A DNA stretch of 64,000 nt from an uncultured delta proteobacterium (GCA_963828255.1 CAWHDZ010000040.1:224001-288000), one strand, 5' to 3'; counted from the stretch's first letter, positions 48,661 to 61,151 are shown. Numbers and translations are program-made. Notes: generated by a model not told the origin, from the letters alone.

Positions 48661-49212
48661 ATGAAGCACCGCGTAGCCGGCCGCCGGCTCGACCGAACCA
48701 CCGAGCACCGGATTGCGATGTTCCGCAACCAGGTGACCTCGCTCCTGCGCCACGAGCGCATCGTGACGACCACGCCCAAGGCGAAGGAGCTGAAGCGCAT
48801 CGCCGACAAGATCATCACGCTGGGCAAGAAGGGCACCAGCCACGCCCGGCGCATCGCCTTCCGCGACATCCGTGACGGCGAGGTGATCGAGAAGCTCTTC
48901 GGGCCGATCGCCGAGCGATACGCCAAGCGCGCCGGCGGCTACAGCCGCATCATCCACAAGGGCAAGCGCCACGGCGACAACGCCGACATGTCGATCATCG
49001 AGCTCGTCGACCGCGTGATCGCGGTCGATGAGAAGGGCGATGTTGCCGACGAGAAGGGCGCGAAGCCTGCCAAGGCCGCGAAGCCCGCGAAGGCCGAAAA
49101 GGCCGCGAAGCCCGCAAAGGCCCCCAAGGCCGAGAAGGCCCCGAAGACCGAGAAGGCCCCAAAGGCCGCGAAGAAGTCCGACAAGAAGGCCACGAAGGCC
49201 AAGGGCGAGTAG
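48661..49212 (+). CDS. rplQ: 50S ribosomal protein L17 with Ala/Lys/Pro-rich C-terminal tail
   Basis: HE.I.TT..KAKE, R.GGY.RI, R.GD.A. Confidence 0.96.
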   Translation: MKHRVAGRRLDRTTEHRIAMFRNQVTSLLRHERIVTTTPKAKELKRIADKIITLGKKGTSHARRIAFRDIRDGEVIEKLFGPIAERYAKRAGGYSRIIHKGKRHGDNADMSIIELVDRVIAVDEKGDVADEKGAKPAKAAKPAKAEKAAKPAKAPKAEKAPKTEKAPKAAKKSDKKATKAKGE

Positions 49213-49233
49213 CCCGGAAGAGAGGAGGTTCCG

Positions 49234-49491
49234 ATGGCGGTTGTCCTTCGCCTTTCCAGGGCGGGAACGCACAAGGCGCCGTTCTACCACGTGGTGGCCA
49301 CCGACTCGCGCAAGCCGCGCGACGGCCGTTACCTGGAGGACGTCGGCCAGTACGATCCGACCACCACGCCGATCCGCCTGCAGCTGAAGGTGGACCGCGT
49401 CGATTTCTGGCTCAAGGCCGGGGCCAAGCCGAGCCCGACCGTGGCCAGGCTCATCAAGCTGGCGAAGGCCGCGGCTCCGGCCAAGGCCTAG
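49234..49491 (+). CDS. rpsP: 30S ribosomal protein S16
   Basis: RL.R.G....PFY.VV..DSR.PRDGR. Confidence 0.96.
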   Translation: MAVVLRLSRAGTHKAPFYHVVATDSRKPRDGRYLEDVGQYDPTTTPIRLQLKVDRVDFWLKAGAKPSPTVARLIKLAKAAAPAKA

Positions 49492-49506
49492 GCTCCCGCA
49501 CGCTCC

Positions 49507-49737
49507 ATGCGCGACCTCCTTCTCTGGCTGGCGAGGGAACTGGTCGAGCAGCCGGATGCGGTCCGGGTCGACGCCGTCGAGCGGGAGCGGGCGGTCGTCC
49601 TCGAGCTGGAGGTCGATCCCGCCGACCTGGGCCGGGTCATCGGCCGGGGAGGAAAGACCGCCAGGTCCATCCGCACGGTGATCGACGCGGCCTCGCGGCG
49701 CGAGGGGCGCCGGGCCGTGGTCGACATCCTCGACTGA
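49507..49737 (+). CDS. khpA: KH-domain RNA-binding protein KhpA (YlqC/UPF0109)
   Basis: [17 protein letters not shown]; located between rpsP and rimM. Confidence 0.9.
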   Translation: MRDLLLWLARELVEQPDAVRVDAVERERAVVLELEVDPADLGRVIGRGGKTARSIRTVIDAASRREGRRAVVDILD

Positions 49738-50270
49738 TGGCCTGGGTACGGCTCGGAACGGTGGTCCGGGCCGTCGGCCTCGACGGCCGGGTGGGAGTCG
49801 CCGGAACGGAGGGCGCGCTGGCGCGGATGAGCAGCGTTGCGCTCCGGAGGAGCGGCGAGGTGGAGAGGGAGCGAAGGGTTCTCTCGGCAGGTCCGCAGGG
49901 GAGGATCTGGTGGCTTCGCCTCGAGGGCGTGGAGGGCCGGACGGCCGCCGAGGCCCTGCGGGGTACGGAGGTCTGGGGAAGGCGCGAGGAGATGGGCGAC
50001 CCCGGCGAGGGGCGCCACTTCTGGGCCGACCTGGAGGGATTGCCGGTGGTCGCGGCCACCGGGGAGGAGCTGGGAAGGGTCGAGGAGCTTTTCGTGACCG
50101 GGGGCGTGGACGTGCTGGTGGTCCGCGGTCCCGGGGGAGAGCGGCTGGTGCCGCTGGCCCCGTGGGTCACGGTGGACAGGGAGCAGGGCCGGGTGGTGGT
50201 GGACGCGCCCCCCGGGCTGCTCGACGAGGACGACGAGGAGGCGCGCAGCACGAAAGGGAACCGGACGTGA
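49737..50270 (+). CDS. rimM: Ribosome maturation factor RimM
   Basis: R.AAE.LRG, F.ADL.GL.V, TG..DVLVV, PPGLLD; synteny. Confidence 0.9.
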   Translation: MAWVRLGTVVRAVGLDGRVGVAGTEGALARMSSVALRRSGEVERERRVLSAGPQGRIWWLRLEGVEGRTAAEALRGTEVWGRREEMGDPGEGRHFWADLEGLPVVAATGEELGRVEELFVTGGVDVLVVRGPGGERLVPLAPWVTVDREQGRVVVDAPPGLLDEDDEEARSTKGNRT

Positions 50271-51007
50271 AGCGGCTGGAGGCGGAGATCCTGACCCTCT
50301 TCCCTCGGATGTGCGAGGGGTATCTCTCCGAGAGCATTCTCGGAAAGGCACGGGAAGCAGGTCTCCTCGATGTGCGGGTGACCGACATCCGCGAGTACGC
50401 CTCCGGGAAGCACCGGGTCACCGACGACGCTCCCTACGGAGGGGGCGGCGGGATGGTGATGAAACCGGAGCCGCTGACCGCCGCCATCGAGGCTTCCCGG
50501 GAACGTTTGCCCGGGGCCAGGGTGCTGCTGACGAGCCCCCGGGGCGTGCCGCTCTCGCAGCGGCTGGTCGAGGAGCTGGCGGAGAACGGACGTCTGGTCA
50601 TCGCCTGCGGGCGTTACGAAGGGGTGGACGAGCGCGTGAGAAGGGCAGTCGACATGGAGGTCTCCACCGGGGACTTCGTGCTCACCGGCGGCGAGCTGGC
50701 GGCGCTCTGCGTCGTCGATGCGGCCGCCCGCCTGATTCCCGGGGTTCTCGGAAACGAGACCTCGGCCGGCCGGGAGAGCTTCGCCGGGGCCCCCCTCCTG
50801 GAGTACCCTCACTACACCCGCCCGCCGGCGTTCCGCGGAGTGGAGGTCCCCCAGGTCCTCCTCTCCGGGGATCACCGGCGCGTGGAGCGGTGGCGCCGGC
50901 GCGAGTCGCTCCGGGTCACACGGGACCGGCGCCCGGATCTTTTCGCGCGCCTGCAACTGGACGAAGACGATCGCCGGCTCATCGAGGCCGGCGACGACGA
51001 GCTGTAA
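50267..51007 (+). CDS. trmD: tRNA (guanine37-N1)-methyltransferase
   Basis: [40 protein letters not shown]. Confidence 0.97.
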   Translation: MKRLEAEILTLFPRMCEGYLSESILGKAREAGLLDVRVTDIREYASGKHRVTDDAPYGGGGGMVMKPEPLTAAIEASRERLPGARVLLTSPRGVPLSQRLVEELAENGRLVIACGRYEGVDERVRRAVDMEVSTGDFVLTGGELAALCVVDAAARLIPGVLGNETSAGRESFAGAPLLEYPHYTRPPAFRGVEVPQVLLSGDHRRVERWRRRESLRVTRDRRPDLFARLQLDEDDRRLIEAGDDEL

Positions 51008-51020
51008 GGGAGATGCGACG

Positions 51021-51395
51021 ATGCTGCGCAAGGAAATTGCCGACGTAGAGGCCAAGTACCTCCGCAAGGACCTGCCGGACTTCCGTGCCGGCGACACCGT
51101 GCGGGTGCACACGAAGATCAAGGAAGGGGACAAGGAGCGCATCCAGCTCTACGAGGGCGTGGTCATCGCCTCGTCGGGCGGAAGCGCGCGCGCCATGTTC
51201 ACCGTCCGCAAGGTGAGCTACGGCGTCGGCGTCGAGCGCATCTTCCCGCTCCACAGCCCCCGCATCGACCGGGTCGAGGTGGTGGGCCGGGGTGCCGTCC
51301 GCAGGTCGCGCCTGTACTACCTGCGCAACCTGCAGGGCAAGGCCGCCCGCGTCCAGCAGGAAGAGGGCCCTGGCGCCTCCGGCAAGCAGGCCTGA
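51021..51395 (+). CDS. rplS: 50S ribosomal protein L19
   Basis: [33 protein letters not shown]. Confidence 0.97.
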   Translation: MLRKEIADVEAKYLRKDLPDFRAGDTVRVHTKIKEGDKERIQLYEGVVIASSGGSARAMFTVRKVSYGVGVERIFPLHSPRIDRVEVVGRGAVRRSRLYYLRNLQGKAARVQQEEGPGASGKQA

Positions 51396-51449
51396 TCGCG
51401 GCGCGGACCTTTCCCGCGCTCCACACGCGGAGTACAGTCCTCCCTCGAC

Positions 51450-53294
51450 GTGCTCCTGCTCGAGATCGCAGCCCAGGGTGTTCGCGGATTCGCGCCCGAG
51501 CGGGGACGGCTCGCGCTGCGCCCTGGCTACAACGTGGTCGCGGTCGACGGGGCCGCGCTTCGCCGGGTCGTGGCGGCGCTCTTCCATCCGGATCTTCCCG
51601 CCGACCCGGCCCTCCGGGTCGAGGGGGCGGGGACGGGGCCGGGGGGTGCGGTCCGAGCGGGCCTGACCCTGACGGGGGACGATGGGGTCACCTGGCGGGT
51701 TGTCCGCGACATGGCCGGGGGCTCCCAGCTCCAGCGCTTCGACCACGAGAAGCGGGCGTTCCAGTCGGTGCTCCAGGACCCCGTGCGCATCGCCGAGGTG
51801 CTGCGCGCGGCCGGAGTGCCGTCTCCGGAGCGCTACGCGGCCGTCCTCTCCGTCGCCGCATCCGAATTCCCCTCCCGCCAGGCGCCGTCCGGGCTGGCCG
51901 GGGCCATGCTGGCAACACCCCAGAGGAGGGTCGCCACCAGTCCGGGCGAGGTGCCCAGGAAGCTCGCGGCCGCCCGGGCCGAGCTCGAGCGGGCTCACGC
52001 GGCGGAGCAGATCCAGTCGAGGATGGACGCGGCGCAATCCCATCTCTTCAAGCTGGAGGAGATGCTCAAGTCTGGCGAACAGGTGAAGGAGCGCCTGCGG
52101 GCCGCACGCGCCGGGGTCGAGGCGTTCGCGGCCGGGGAGGCCGCCCTCGCAACGCTGGGAGACCCCGTGGCCCGCCTGGCCGCCTGTAGAAGGGTCACGG
52201 CCCGGCGCGACGAGTCGCTGGCCAAGGTGGCCGCGGAGCGGGAGGCCCAGGAAGGGGCGCCGGGCGCAGTCCCTCCTCCGCTGCTGCGCCAGCCTGGATT
52301 CCTCGCCGGGCTGGGAATCGGCGCGGTCGCGCTCCTGGCCGGACTCTTCACCGAGATGCGGAGCCTGGCGCTCGCGGCCATCCCGGCCACCGGCTGGTCC
52401 GCATTCGAGGGGCTGCGCTGGGTCGGCCGGGCCGAGGAGGCGCAGCAGGCCGCACGGCGCGCCCGCTGGCTCTCCGACCGCGAGAGGAAGGCGAACGAGC
52501 TCTGGGCACGCGAGACCGCCGACGTCCGTGCGGCAATGGCATCGGCCGGGGTGGCGACCCTGGCGGAGCTCGAGGACCTCCACGACCGGGCGCGGGAAGC
52601 GCGGGCCGGGCTCGTCGAGGCCGAGGCCGGATTCACCGCCTGGCAAGGACGTGCGGAGACCCAGGACGCCGAGACCGAGCGAGCCGCGGTGCAGCAGGAG
52701 ATCGGCGTTCTGGAGGGGCAGCTCACCGGCGAGACGGGCGGGTTCGTGCGGGACGTCCACTCGCTGGAGCAGGAGATCGAGCGGCTGGAGCGGGAGGCGG
52801 AGACAGGACCCTTCGAACCCCTCGGCGAGGAGGCGGTGGGGGAGCCGGTGGCGGCTCCACCTCGAGGAGAGCCCCTGCGGACGCTCATGGAGCGAGCCTC
52901 GACGGACCTGGGGCTCACTCCGGGGGCTGCCCTCCGCGCGCTGCAGCCCCGCGTGCTGCAGCTCCTGCCTGCGCTCTCCGGTCAGCGCCTCACCAACTTC
53001 TTCGTCGACGAGCGCGGAAATCTCCAGGTCCAGGCTGGCGGAAAGCTCGTTCCCGCGGTCACGCTCGGGGCGCCCGAGCGGGACCTGTGCTTCGCGGTGC
53101 TCAAGGTCGCCTTCCTCGAGCAGGGACTGGCCGCGGGGAAGTCGGTCGCAGTCCTCGACGACGCCCTGGCCGTCCTGCCCGAGGGTTCGCGCCGGGCCCT
53201 GGCCCGCGTCCTGAAGCAACTCGCACGGGGGCGGCAGATCGTGCACGGATCGAGCGACGTGGCCTTCCGGGAGGCGGCGGACAGCGCCGGATAG
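51450..53294 (+). CDS. SMC/Rad50/YhaN-like coiled-coil protein with degenerate ABC-ATPase head and central membrane segments
   Basis: N-terminal LLEI..QGVRGF.....L.PGYNVV head strand pattern, long coiled coils, hydrophobic segment near residues 280-320, C-terminal VAVLDDAL. Confidence 0.65.
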   Translation: MLLLEIAAQGVRGFAPERGRLALRPGYNVVAVDGAALRRVVAALFHPDLPADPALRVEGAGTGPGGAVRAGLTLTGDDGVTWRVVRDMAGGSQLQRFDHEKRAFQSVLQDPVRIAEVLRAAGVPSPERYAAVLSVAASEFPSRQAPSGLAGAMLATPQRRVATSPGEVPRKLAAARAELERAHAAEQIQSRMDAAQSHLFKLEEMLKSGEQVKERLRAARAGVEAFAAGEAALATLGDPVARLAACRRVTARRDESLAKVAAEREAQEGAPGAVPPPLLRQPGFLAGLGIGAVALLAGLFTEMRSLALAAIPATGWSAFEGLRWVGRAEEAQQAARRARWLSDRERKANELWARETADVRAAMASAGVATLAELEDLHDRAREARAGLVEAEAGFTAWQGRAETQDAETERAAVQQEIGVLEGQLTGETGGFVRDVHSLEQEIERLEREAETGPFEPLGEEAVGEPVAAPPRGEPLRTLMERASTDLGLTPGAALRALQPRVLQLLPALSGQRLTNFFVDERGNLQVQAGGKLVPAVTLGAPERDLCFAVLKVAFLEQGLAAGKSVAVLDDALAVLPEGSRRALARVLKQLARGRQIVHGSSDVAFREAADSAG

Positions 53295-53301
53295 GGCAGC
53301 C

Positions 53302-53679
53302 GTGCCGACAACGAGGGAGAAGGGGCGCGATGCCGAACGGCTGGCGGAGACCTGGCTCGAGCGCCGCGGGTACGTGGTGCTGGACCGCAACCACGCCACG
53401 CGAGGCGGGGAGGTGGACCTCGTCTGCCGCGACGGCCGGGTGCTCTGCTTCGTGGAAGTTCGCAGCCGGGCCGACGGGGGGCACGGTGCTCCCGAGGAGA
53501 CGGTGGACCGTCGAAAGGCGCTGCGGGTCGTGGCGGCCGCCACCGACTGGGCCCGGAGGCATGGCGCCCTCGACGACGACATCCGCTTCGACGTGGTGGC
53601 AGTGAGCGGCACCGGCGATGCCCCGCTGCTCGAGCTCTTCCAGGGGGCCTTCGACGCCACCGGGGGGGATGCCGGATGA
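53302..53679 (+). CDS. yraN: YraN / UPF0102 endonuclease-fold protein
   Basis: G..AE..A..L...GY.V..RN, GEVDLV, FVEVR.R, RFDVVAV. Confidence 0.9.
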   Translation: MPTTREKGRDAERLAETWLERRGYVVLDRNHATRGGEVDLVCRDGRVLCFVEVRSRADGGHGAPEETVDRRKALRVVAAATDWARRHGALDDDIRFDVVAVSGTGDAPLLELFQGAFDATGGDAG

Positions 53680-54527
53680 ACACACCGTGCGGCACGGGGA
53701 CGCTCCACGTGGTGGCGACGCCAATCGGAAACCTCGGCAATCTCTCCCCTCGCGCGGCGGACGTGCTCCGGGCGGCCGACGTGGTCGTGGCCGAGGACAC
53801 CCGCCGGACGCGCATTCTCCTCGCCCACGTCGGGGCGCGGCCCGCCGACCTGCTCTCCCTGCCTGCCTTCGACGAGGAGGGCAGGGTGGAGCGGGTGGTC
53901 TCGCGCCTCACGGCGGGCGCATCGGTGGCGCTCGTCACGGACGCCGGGACGCCGGGGGTCTCCGACCCGGGAAGCCGCCTGGTGGAGGCGGCCTGGGCCG
54001 CCGGCGTGAAGGTGGTTCCGGTGCCGGGCCCGTCGGCCGCGCTGGCGGCGCTCTCCGCATCGGGGCTGGCGGCGGACCGTTTCCTCTTCGCCGGCTTCCT
54101 TCCGCGAAAGGGAGGGGCGCGCGCGGAGGCGTTGCGCTGGCTCGGCAGCGTCCCGGCCACCATCGTCCTCTTCGAGGCGGGGAACCGGACGGCGGCCACG
54201 CTCTCGGATCTGCAGCAAGCCTTCGGCGACCGTCCCGCGGCGCTGGCCCGTGAGCTGACCAAGCTGCACGAGGAGATCGCGCGCGGCAGGCTCTCGGAGC
54301 TGCGCGCGCGCTTCACCGGGGACCTTCGTGGAGAGGTGACGCTGGTGGTCGCCGGTGCGGGTGAGGCGCCGGAGGTGGCGCCGGCAGAGCCGGCCGAGGC
54401 GGAGATCCTTCGCCGGCTGGCCGCCGGAGAGGCGCCGACCGAGGTGGCACGGGCGGTTGCCAGGGGACACGGCCTGCCCCGGGGCGAGGCCTACGCGCTG
54501 GTCGAGCGGGTCCGGGGGAGGCGCTGA
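53676..54527 (+). CDS. rsmI: 16S rRNA (cytidine1402-2'-O)-methyltransferase
   Basis: VVATPIGNL, AEDTR, DAGTP.VSDPG, ARELTKLHEE. Confidence 0.95.
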   Translation: MNTPCGTGTLHVVATPIGNLGNLSPRAADVLRAADVVVAEDTRRTRILLAHVGARPADLLSLPAFDEEGRVERVVSRLTAGASVALVTDAGTPGVSDPGSRLVEAAWAAGVKVVPVPGPSAALAALSASGLAADRFLFAGFLPRKGGARAEALRWLGSVPATIVLFEAGNRTAATLSDLQQAFGDRPAALARELTKLHEEIARGRLSELRARFTGDLRGEVTLVVAGAGEAPEVAPAEPAEAEILRRLAAGEAPTEVARAVARGHGLPRGEAYALVERVRGRR

Positions 54528-54557
54528 ACGGCGGCCGGGGCGACCCGGTCGGCTCCT

Positions 54558-55967
<1,410 letters not shown>

Positions 55968-56011
55968 GGCCGTCCTGTTAGCACGAGTGGCCGGCGAAGG
56001 GGAGCGGACGG

Positions 56012-58216
56012 TCAGTTCGGGCGGCGACGCCGGCGGGCGCGCCGGGCGTCCGGTTGTCCGCCATCCTCCGCGGAGCCCGACGCAGCGCCCGCGGTCGGAG
56101 CCGGGATCGAGGGGAGGGAGACGGTGAACTCCGCCCCCCCTCCGGATGGCGAGGAGGCGGTCAGCGACCCGCGGTGCGCCTTGACGATGCGCTGGCTGAT
56201 GGCGAGGCCCAGCCCGGTGCCCTTCTCCTTCGTCGTGTAGAAGGGAACGAAGATGCTCTCCCGCGCATCCGCCGGGATCCCGGGGCCCGTGTCGCGGAAG
56301 CGGACCTCGACGCGGGCGTCCCGGAAGCGGGGCTCCCGCCAGCCGTCCAGGTCGTCCCGGGCGAGGCGGGCCTCGACGTGAAGGCGCCCCCCCCTGGGCA
56401 TGGCCTGGAAGGAGTTGAGGGCCAGGTTGAGGAAGACCTGCTTCAGCTGCTCGGCGTCGCAGTCGACCGGAGGCAGCTCGGGCGCGGCGTCGATCGCGAC
56501 CTCGATGCCCTCCGGGACCTGGGGTGCGAGCAGCTTGAAGGTCCGCTGGAGGATCTCACCGACGTCCCCGGGCGACATGCTCGACTTGAGCGGACGGGCG
56601 TAGTCCAGGAAGGCGGTGACCACGCCGTTCAGCCGATCGACCTCCTCGACGATGATCTCGAGGAACTCCCGGTCCTCGACGGGGAGGCGCCGGGGATCGA
56701 GGAACTGCGTGGCACCCTTGATGGCGGCGAGCGGATTGCGGATCTCGTGAGCCAATCCGGCGGCCATCTCTCCCAGCGCCGCGAGGCGGTCGCGCTCCTT
56801 CATCTGCTGGTAGAGCTTGGAGTTCTCGATGACCACCGCGCAGCGGTCGGACACCTCGATGAGCGCGGCGATCTCGTCGGAGGCGAAGGCCTCCTGGACC
56901 CGCTCGTCCCAGCAGGCGAGGAAGCCGGCCACGCGGTCCCCGGCGGCGAGCGGCATGCAGATCCCCGCCTTCATGAGGGCCATGGCCTCGCGGGCGTCGA
57001 CGATCCGCTCGAGCTCCCTGGAGACCGCCGGGGGCACCGGGGCGGCGGCGGCTTCCCCCTTCGCGGGCGGGTACTCGGCCTGCAGCTCGGCGAGGCGGCG
57101 GTCGAGGTTCTCGAGGAGGACGGCGCGGCGGCCGTCACCGGCCGCCCGGAGGAGCGCCCGCGCGGTGCCGGCCTCGAGGAAGGGGACCGGTTCAGGACCG
57201 CGGAAGGCGAGGAGCCGGTACCCGGGGCGGTCCTCCGAGACGAGCCAGAGCGAGGCATGGGTCACCCGGCGGGTCTCGGTGAGGCCGTCGAGGATGGCTC
57301 GCTCCAGCTCGCCCGGGTCGATGACGTTCACCACGCGATCGCGCAGCGTCTCCAGCTCGCGGACCAGCTCGTAGCGCTCCGGGAACAGGTTCACCACGAC
57401 CCATTCCTCGACCTTGGAGCGGATGGGGTCGAAGAGGGAGAGGATGACGAACGACGCCACCAGGGTGTTGAAGAAGAAGAGCCCGGGGCGAACGCCGACC
57501 CAGGAGACGAGCCCGCCGTAGATGCTCGCCAGCACCAGGCCGAGCAGCGTGACCACCGCGATCTTTCCGAGGAACTCGTGGAGGTCGAGGAGCCTCCGCC
57601 GCAGCAACGCCTGCAGGAGCAGGAACATGTACAGCGTGAGCGCCATGAACCCGAGTCCCTCGAGCGGGTAGCGGACGCCGAGGCGCGGGAGGAAGTCGAG
57701 GAAGGCGAGCGTGCCCACGAACATGGCCCCGGCGAGCACGTAGGTGAGGCGGGAACGGTCGGCGCGTGTGGGTGCGGCGGCGGCCTCACGCCAGACCACC
57801 GAGAGCACGGCGGCCAGCGCGAGCAGGACGAACCCGGCGACCAGGAGCGGGGCCAGGTCGGAGCGAGCCAGCGGCGAGACCGCGACCACCAGTCCGAAGA
57901 TGGAACCGGCCAGCATGAGGTCCCGGGCGCGGCGCGCCGGGCGCCGCTTCACCCCGAGGAACTCGAGGAAGAAGGCCAGCGCCGCGGCAGGGAGGAGCGA
58001 TCCGGCGCCGATGGCGAGCCGCTTCCAGAGGTCGTGTCCGCCCTGCGCGCCGGGAAGCCCGTGGAGGAACTCGGCGGTGGAGAAGACGAAGAGATCGAGG
58101 GAGAGAAGGGCGAAGAGGGTGAAGGAGCGGGGGCGCGCCGAGCGGAGGAGGGCAGCCCCGGCCAGGGCCAGGGTGACGATGGCGGCGAGGAGCGCTGCCT
58201 GGTCGCGGATGTCCAC
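56012..58216 (-). CDS. Multi-TM sensor histidine kinase with GAF-like domain
   Basis: Many N-terminal hydrophobic helices, GAF-like segment, [10 protein letters not shown]-box, PFYTTK.KGTGLGL; GTG start at 58216. Confidence 0.88.
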   Translation of the reverse strand: MDIRDQAALLAAIVTLALAGAALLRSARPRSFTLFALLSLDLFVFSTAEFLHGLPGAQGGHDLWKRLAIGAGSLLPAAALAFFLEFLGVKRRPARRARDLMLAGSIFGLVVAVSPLARSDLAPLLVAGFVLLALAAVLSVVWREAAAAPTRADRSRLTYVLAGAMFVGTLAFLDFLPRLGVRYPLEGLGFMALTLYMFLLLQALLRRRLLDLHEFLGKIAVVTLLGLVLASIYGGLVSWVGVRPGLFFFNTLVASFVILSLFDPIRSKVEEWVVVNLFPERYELVRELETLRDRVVNVIDPGELERAILDGLTETRRVTHASLWLVSEDRPGYRLLAFRGPEPVPFLEAGTARALLRAAGDGRRAVLLENLDRRLAELQAEYPPAKGEAAAAPVPPAVSRELERIVDAREAMALMKAGICMPLAAGDRVAGFLACWDERVQEAFASDEIAALIEVSDRCAVVIENSKLYQQMKERDRLAALGEMAAGLAHEIRNPLAAIKGATQFLDPRRLPVEDREFLEIIVEEVDRLNGVVTAFLDYARPLKSSMSPGDVGEILQRTFKLLAPQVPEGIEVAIDAAPELPPVDCDAEQLKQVFLNLALNSFQAMPRGGRLHVEARLARDDLDGWREPRFRDARVEVRFRDTGPGIPADARESIFVPFYTTKEKGTGLGLAISQRIVKAHRGSLTASSPSGGGAEFTVSLPSIPAPTAGAASGSAEDGGQPDARRARRRRRPN

Positions 58217-58294
58217 CGGAGGGAATCCTAAGCCAGATCCACGTTCCGGTCGCGGGCTTGACCGGCGGGCGGTCGTCCCCCAGATTCCGATCCG

Positions 58295-60463
58295 ATGCTC
58301 CCGGCCGCCGTGTTCGCCCTCCTGCTCGCCGCCTCGCCTCCATCGGTGGTGAGCGAGGCGGACGTTCGCCCCCCCTCGACGAAGCGAACCCCCGCGGAGC
58401 AGCGATTCCTCCGGGCCCGGGCCGCACTCGCAGCGGGGGATCCGGAATCGGCTTCGCGGGACCTCTCCGGGCTCGCCGCCCGGCTCCCGGCCATCGCCGA
58501 CCGGGTGGACGCCCTGTCGGCGGCGGCGGCCGAGGCGGAGGGGGACCCCGAGCGGGCGATCGCGGCCTGGGAGCGCGTCCCGCCGACGTCCTTGCTCTGG
58601 CCCCAGGCGCGCGTCTCGATGGCGCGCCTGCTCGCCGCGGCCGGCAAGGGTTCCGAGGCCGTGGAGGCCCTGCGGCCGCTCATCGCCCTTCCAGCGCCTG
58701 GAGATCTGTCGCGAGGAGACCCCGCGCCGCGGGCGCTGCTCGTGGCCGGCAGGCTCCTCGCCGACCAGCCGGGTGGTGCCCCCGAGGCCAGGCGTCTCTT
58801 CCTCGACTGCTGGGCCGGCCACGCACTCTCCGGGGAGGCCAAGGAGTGTCTCGACCGGCTGGAGGCGCTGCCTCCTCCGGACGGAGGCCCGCCCGGGGAC
58901 GAGGACTCGCTCCGCCGGGCGGAGGCGCTGCTCGACTGGAACCGCAACGAGCAGGCGCTCGCCGCGGCCCGGCGGGTCGGCGAGCGGCTTCCTCCGGTGG
59001 CAGCGGATGCGCCGCTCTCGTGCCGGGCGGCCTTCGTGCGCGGCAAGGCCCTTCGCAAGCTGAGGCAGTACGGTCCCTCGGCCGAGGAACTCGGTCCGGT
59101 CGTGGAAAACTGCACCGATCCGGCCCTGCGCCCCCGTGCGCTCTACCTGCTCTCGGTGGCACGGGCCAACGTCCAGAACGCGTCCGGCATCGAGACCTAC
59201 CGGCGATTCGCCAAGGAGTACCCGGAGCACTCCCAGTCGGACGACGCCCTCTACTTCGCGGCGGACCTGCTGGTTCGCGACGGGAGGGTCGAGGAGGCGC
59301 TCGACCAGCTGGACGAGCTGGTCGCGCTGTATCCCGCCGGTGACTACCGGGCCGACGCCATCTTTCGCTCCGGGTGGCTCCGCCGCCGCCAGGGAGACCT
59401 CGACGGTGCCGAGGCCGCCTTCACGCGCATCGAGGTGCTCTACCGAGCCTCGGACCCCTACGAGCACGCACGCGCCCTTTACTGGAGGGGCAGGACGCTC
59501 TTCCAGCGAGACGGGAAGGGGGACCGCGGGAAGGCGCGAAAGGATTGGGAGGAGGTCCTGCGGCGCTACCCGGGCGACTACTACGGGCTGCTCTCTCGGG
59601 CACGCCTGGCCGAGACGGGGCGCAAGGTGGCCGAGACTCGACCCGCCGGGAAGAGCCACAAGGGGTTCCGGTACCGATCCGGCCCGCTCTCCGGGGACCC
59701 CCACTTCCGGGCCGCCCTCGCACTCCTCCGCCTGGACATGGACCGCGAGGCGGCCGAGGAGCTCAACGCCGTCGATCGGAAGGCGCTCGCAGCGAGCGAG
59801 GAGCACCCGGAGCCGCTCCTCCTGCTCGCCGAGTTGCTGGAACGGGCCGGGGACTCGCGTGCCTCTCACCGGCTGCTGCGGGCGCAGGGACGGCAGGTGC
59901 TCCGGGAGCCTCCGGCGGGGTTGGGACTGCGGGTCTGGCAGATGGCCTATCCTCCCGCGTGGCGCGACCAGGTGGTCCGCTTCGCACCGCCGGCCGGCGT
60001 ACCCCCGGACCTCCTGCAGGCGCTCATGCGGGAGGAGAGTGCCCTCGACCCCGCCGTGGTCTCGTCTGCGGGCGCGGTCGGCCTGACCCAGCTCATGGTA
60101 CGCACCGCCGGGCAGACGGCGAAGCGTCTGTCGCTCCCTGCACCCACCGCGCACGACCTGACCGACCCGCGCCTCAACATCCGGCTCGGCGCGTCCTACC
60201 TGGGGGGCCTCCTGAAGCAATTCGGCGGATCGGCGCCCCTGGCACTCGCGGCCTACAACGCCGGGGAGGGCAACGCCCGGGCCTGGTGGAGGGCGAGGGG
60301 GTCGATCCCGCTCGACGAGTTCGTGGAGGAGATCCCCATCCAGGAGACGCGCGGCTACGTGAAGCGGGTCCTGCGCTCCTACGCGGCCTACCGGATGCTC
60401 TACGGGCGGGACGGGGAGCGACCCGTACGGCTGGTGCAGCAACTCCCCCCGCCACCGCCCTGA
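58295..60463 (+). CDS. slt: Soluble lytic murein transglycosylase (TPR-like N-terminus, SLT domain)
   Basis: Signal peptide; MREES, GAVGLTQLM, AAYNAG and ETRGYV motifs. Confidence 0.9.
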   Translation: MLPAAVFALLLAASPPSVVSEADVRPPSTKRTPAEQRFLRARAALAAGDPESASRDLSGLAARLPAIADRVDALSAAAAEAEGDPERAIAAWERVPPTSLLWPQARVSMARLLAAAGKGSEAVEALRPLIALPAPGDLSRGDPAPRALLVAGRLLADQPGGAPEARRLFLDCWAGHALSGEAKECLDRLEALPPPDGGPPGDEDSLRRAEALLDWNRNEQALAAARRVGERLPPVAADAPLSCRAAFVRGKALRKLRQYGPSAEELGPVVENCTDPALRPRALYLLSVARANVQNASGIETYRRFAKEYPEHSQSDDALYFAADLLVRDGRVEEALDQLDELVALYPAGDYRADAIFRSGWLRRRQGDLDGAEAAFTRIEVLYRASDPYEHARALYWRGRTLFQRDGKGDRGKARKDWEEVLRRYPGDYYGLLSRARLAETGRKVAETRPAGKSHKGFRYRSGPLSGDPHFRAALALLRLDMDREAAEELNAVDRKALAASEEHPEPLLLLAELLERAGDSRASHRLLRAQGRQVLREPPAGLGLRVWQMAYPPAWRDQVVRFAPPAGVPPDLLQALMREESALDPAVVSSAGAVGLTQLMVRTAGQTAKRLSLPAPTAHDLTDPRLNIRLGASYLGGLLKQFGGSAPLALAAYNAGEGNARAWWRARGSIPLDEFVEEIPIQETRGYVKRVLRSYAAYRMLYGRDGERPVRLVQQLPPPPP

Positions 60464-60524
60464 TGGCGCCCAACCCGGGCGCGTTGCCGGATCCCGTGAT
60501 AGGGTCGAGTTCCCGGACGGATCG

Positions 60525-61138
60525 ATGAAAAGAATCCTCGAGCAGAGCCTCTACGAGCTCCTGGAGATCTCGCCCTCCGCGACGCCGGAGGAGATCGAGC
60601 GAGCGTGGGAGCGGGCCCACGTCCTGTACGGTCCCGGGTCGCTGGCCGCGTACACCCTCCTCACACCCGAGGTGGCAAACGCCCTGGCGGTGCGCATCGA
60701 CGAGGCGTACGAGGTCCTGCTCGACCCCGAGGCGCGCGCTGCCTACGATGCCCGGCTCCCGGCCGAGGAGGCGCGAACGGCCCGTCCCTCGCAGGAGCCA
60801 GCCTCGCCGTCTGCCCCGCCCCCCGTGGCCGCTCCCCCCCTCCGGTCGTCGAGCCGCCGAAGCCCTTCGTTCCTCCGGCAGGAGCCGCGTGGACCGGGGA
60901 TCTCATCCGCCAGGCACGGGAGTCGCGCGGGTTCACGGTCGCCCAGATGTCGGAGCGGACCAAGCTCTCCAGGCTGCACATCGAGGCCGTCGAGGAGGAG
61001 CGCTTCGCCGAGCTCCCCGTGGCCGTGTACCTGCGCGGCATCGTGATGTGCATCGCCCGGGAACTGCGGCTCGACGGCCAGAAGGTGGCCCGGTCCTACC
61101 TGGAGCGGGCAGCGGGAGGCCCCGGACCGGGGCGATAG
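60525..61138 (+). CDS. J-domain-like plus RodZ-type HTH protein, frameshifted at a C7 run (60834-60840)
   Basis: LYELLEIS..AT.EEI..A...AYEVL.DP..RAAYD in one frame; G..IRQARE.RG.....YLRG HTH in the next frame. Confidence 0.7.
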
Positions 61139-61151
61139 CGCGCCTCCGCCC

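Noticed and set aside
56012..60442. 1476-aa minus-strand ORF as one giant kinase
   Set aside because: Only the part from GTG 58216 is kinase-like; the rest is antisense to slt.
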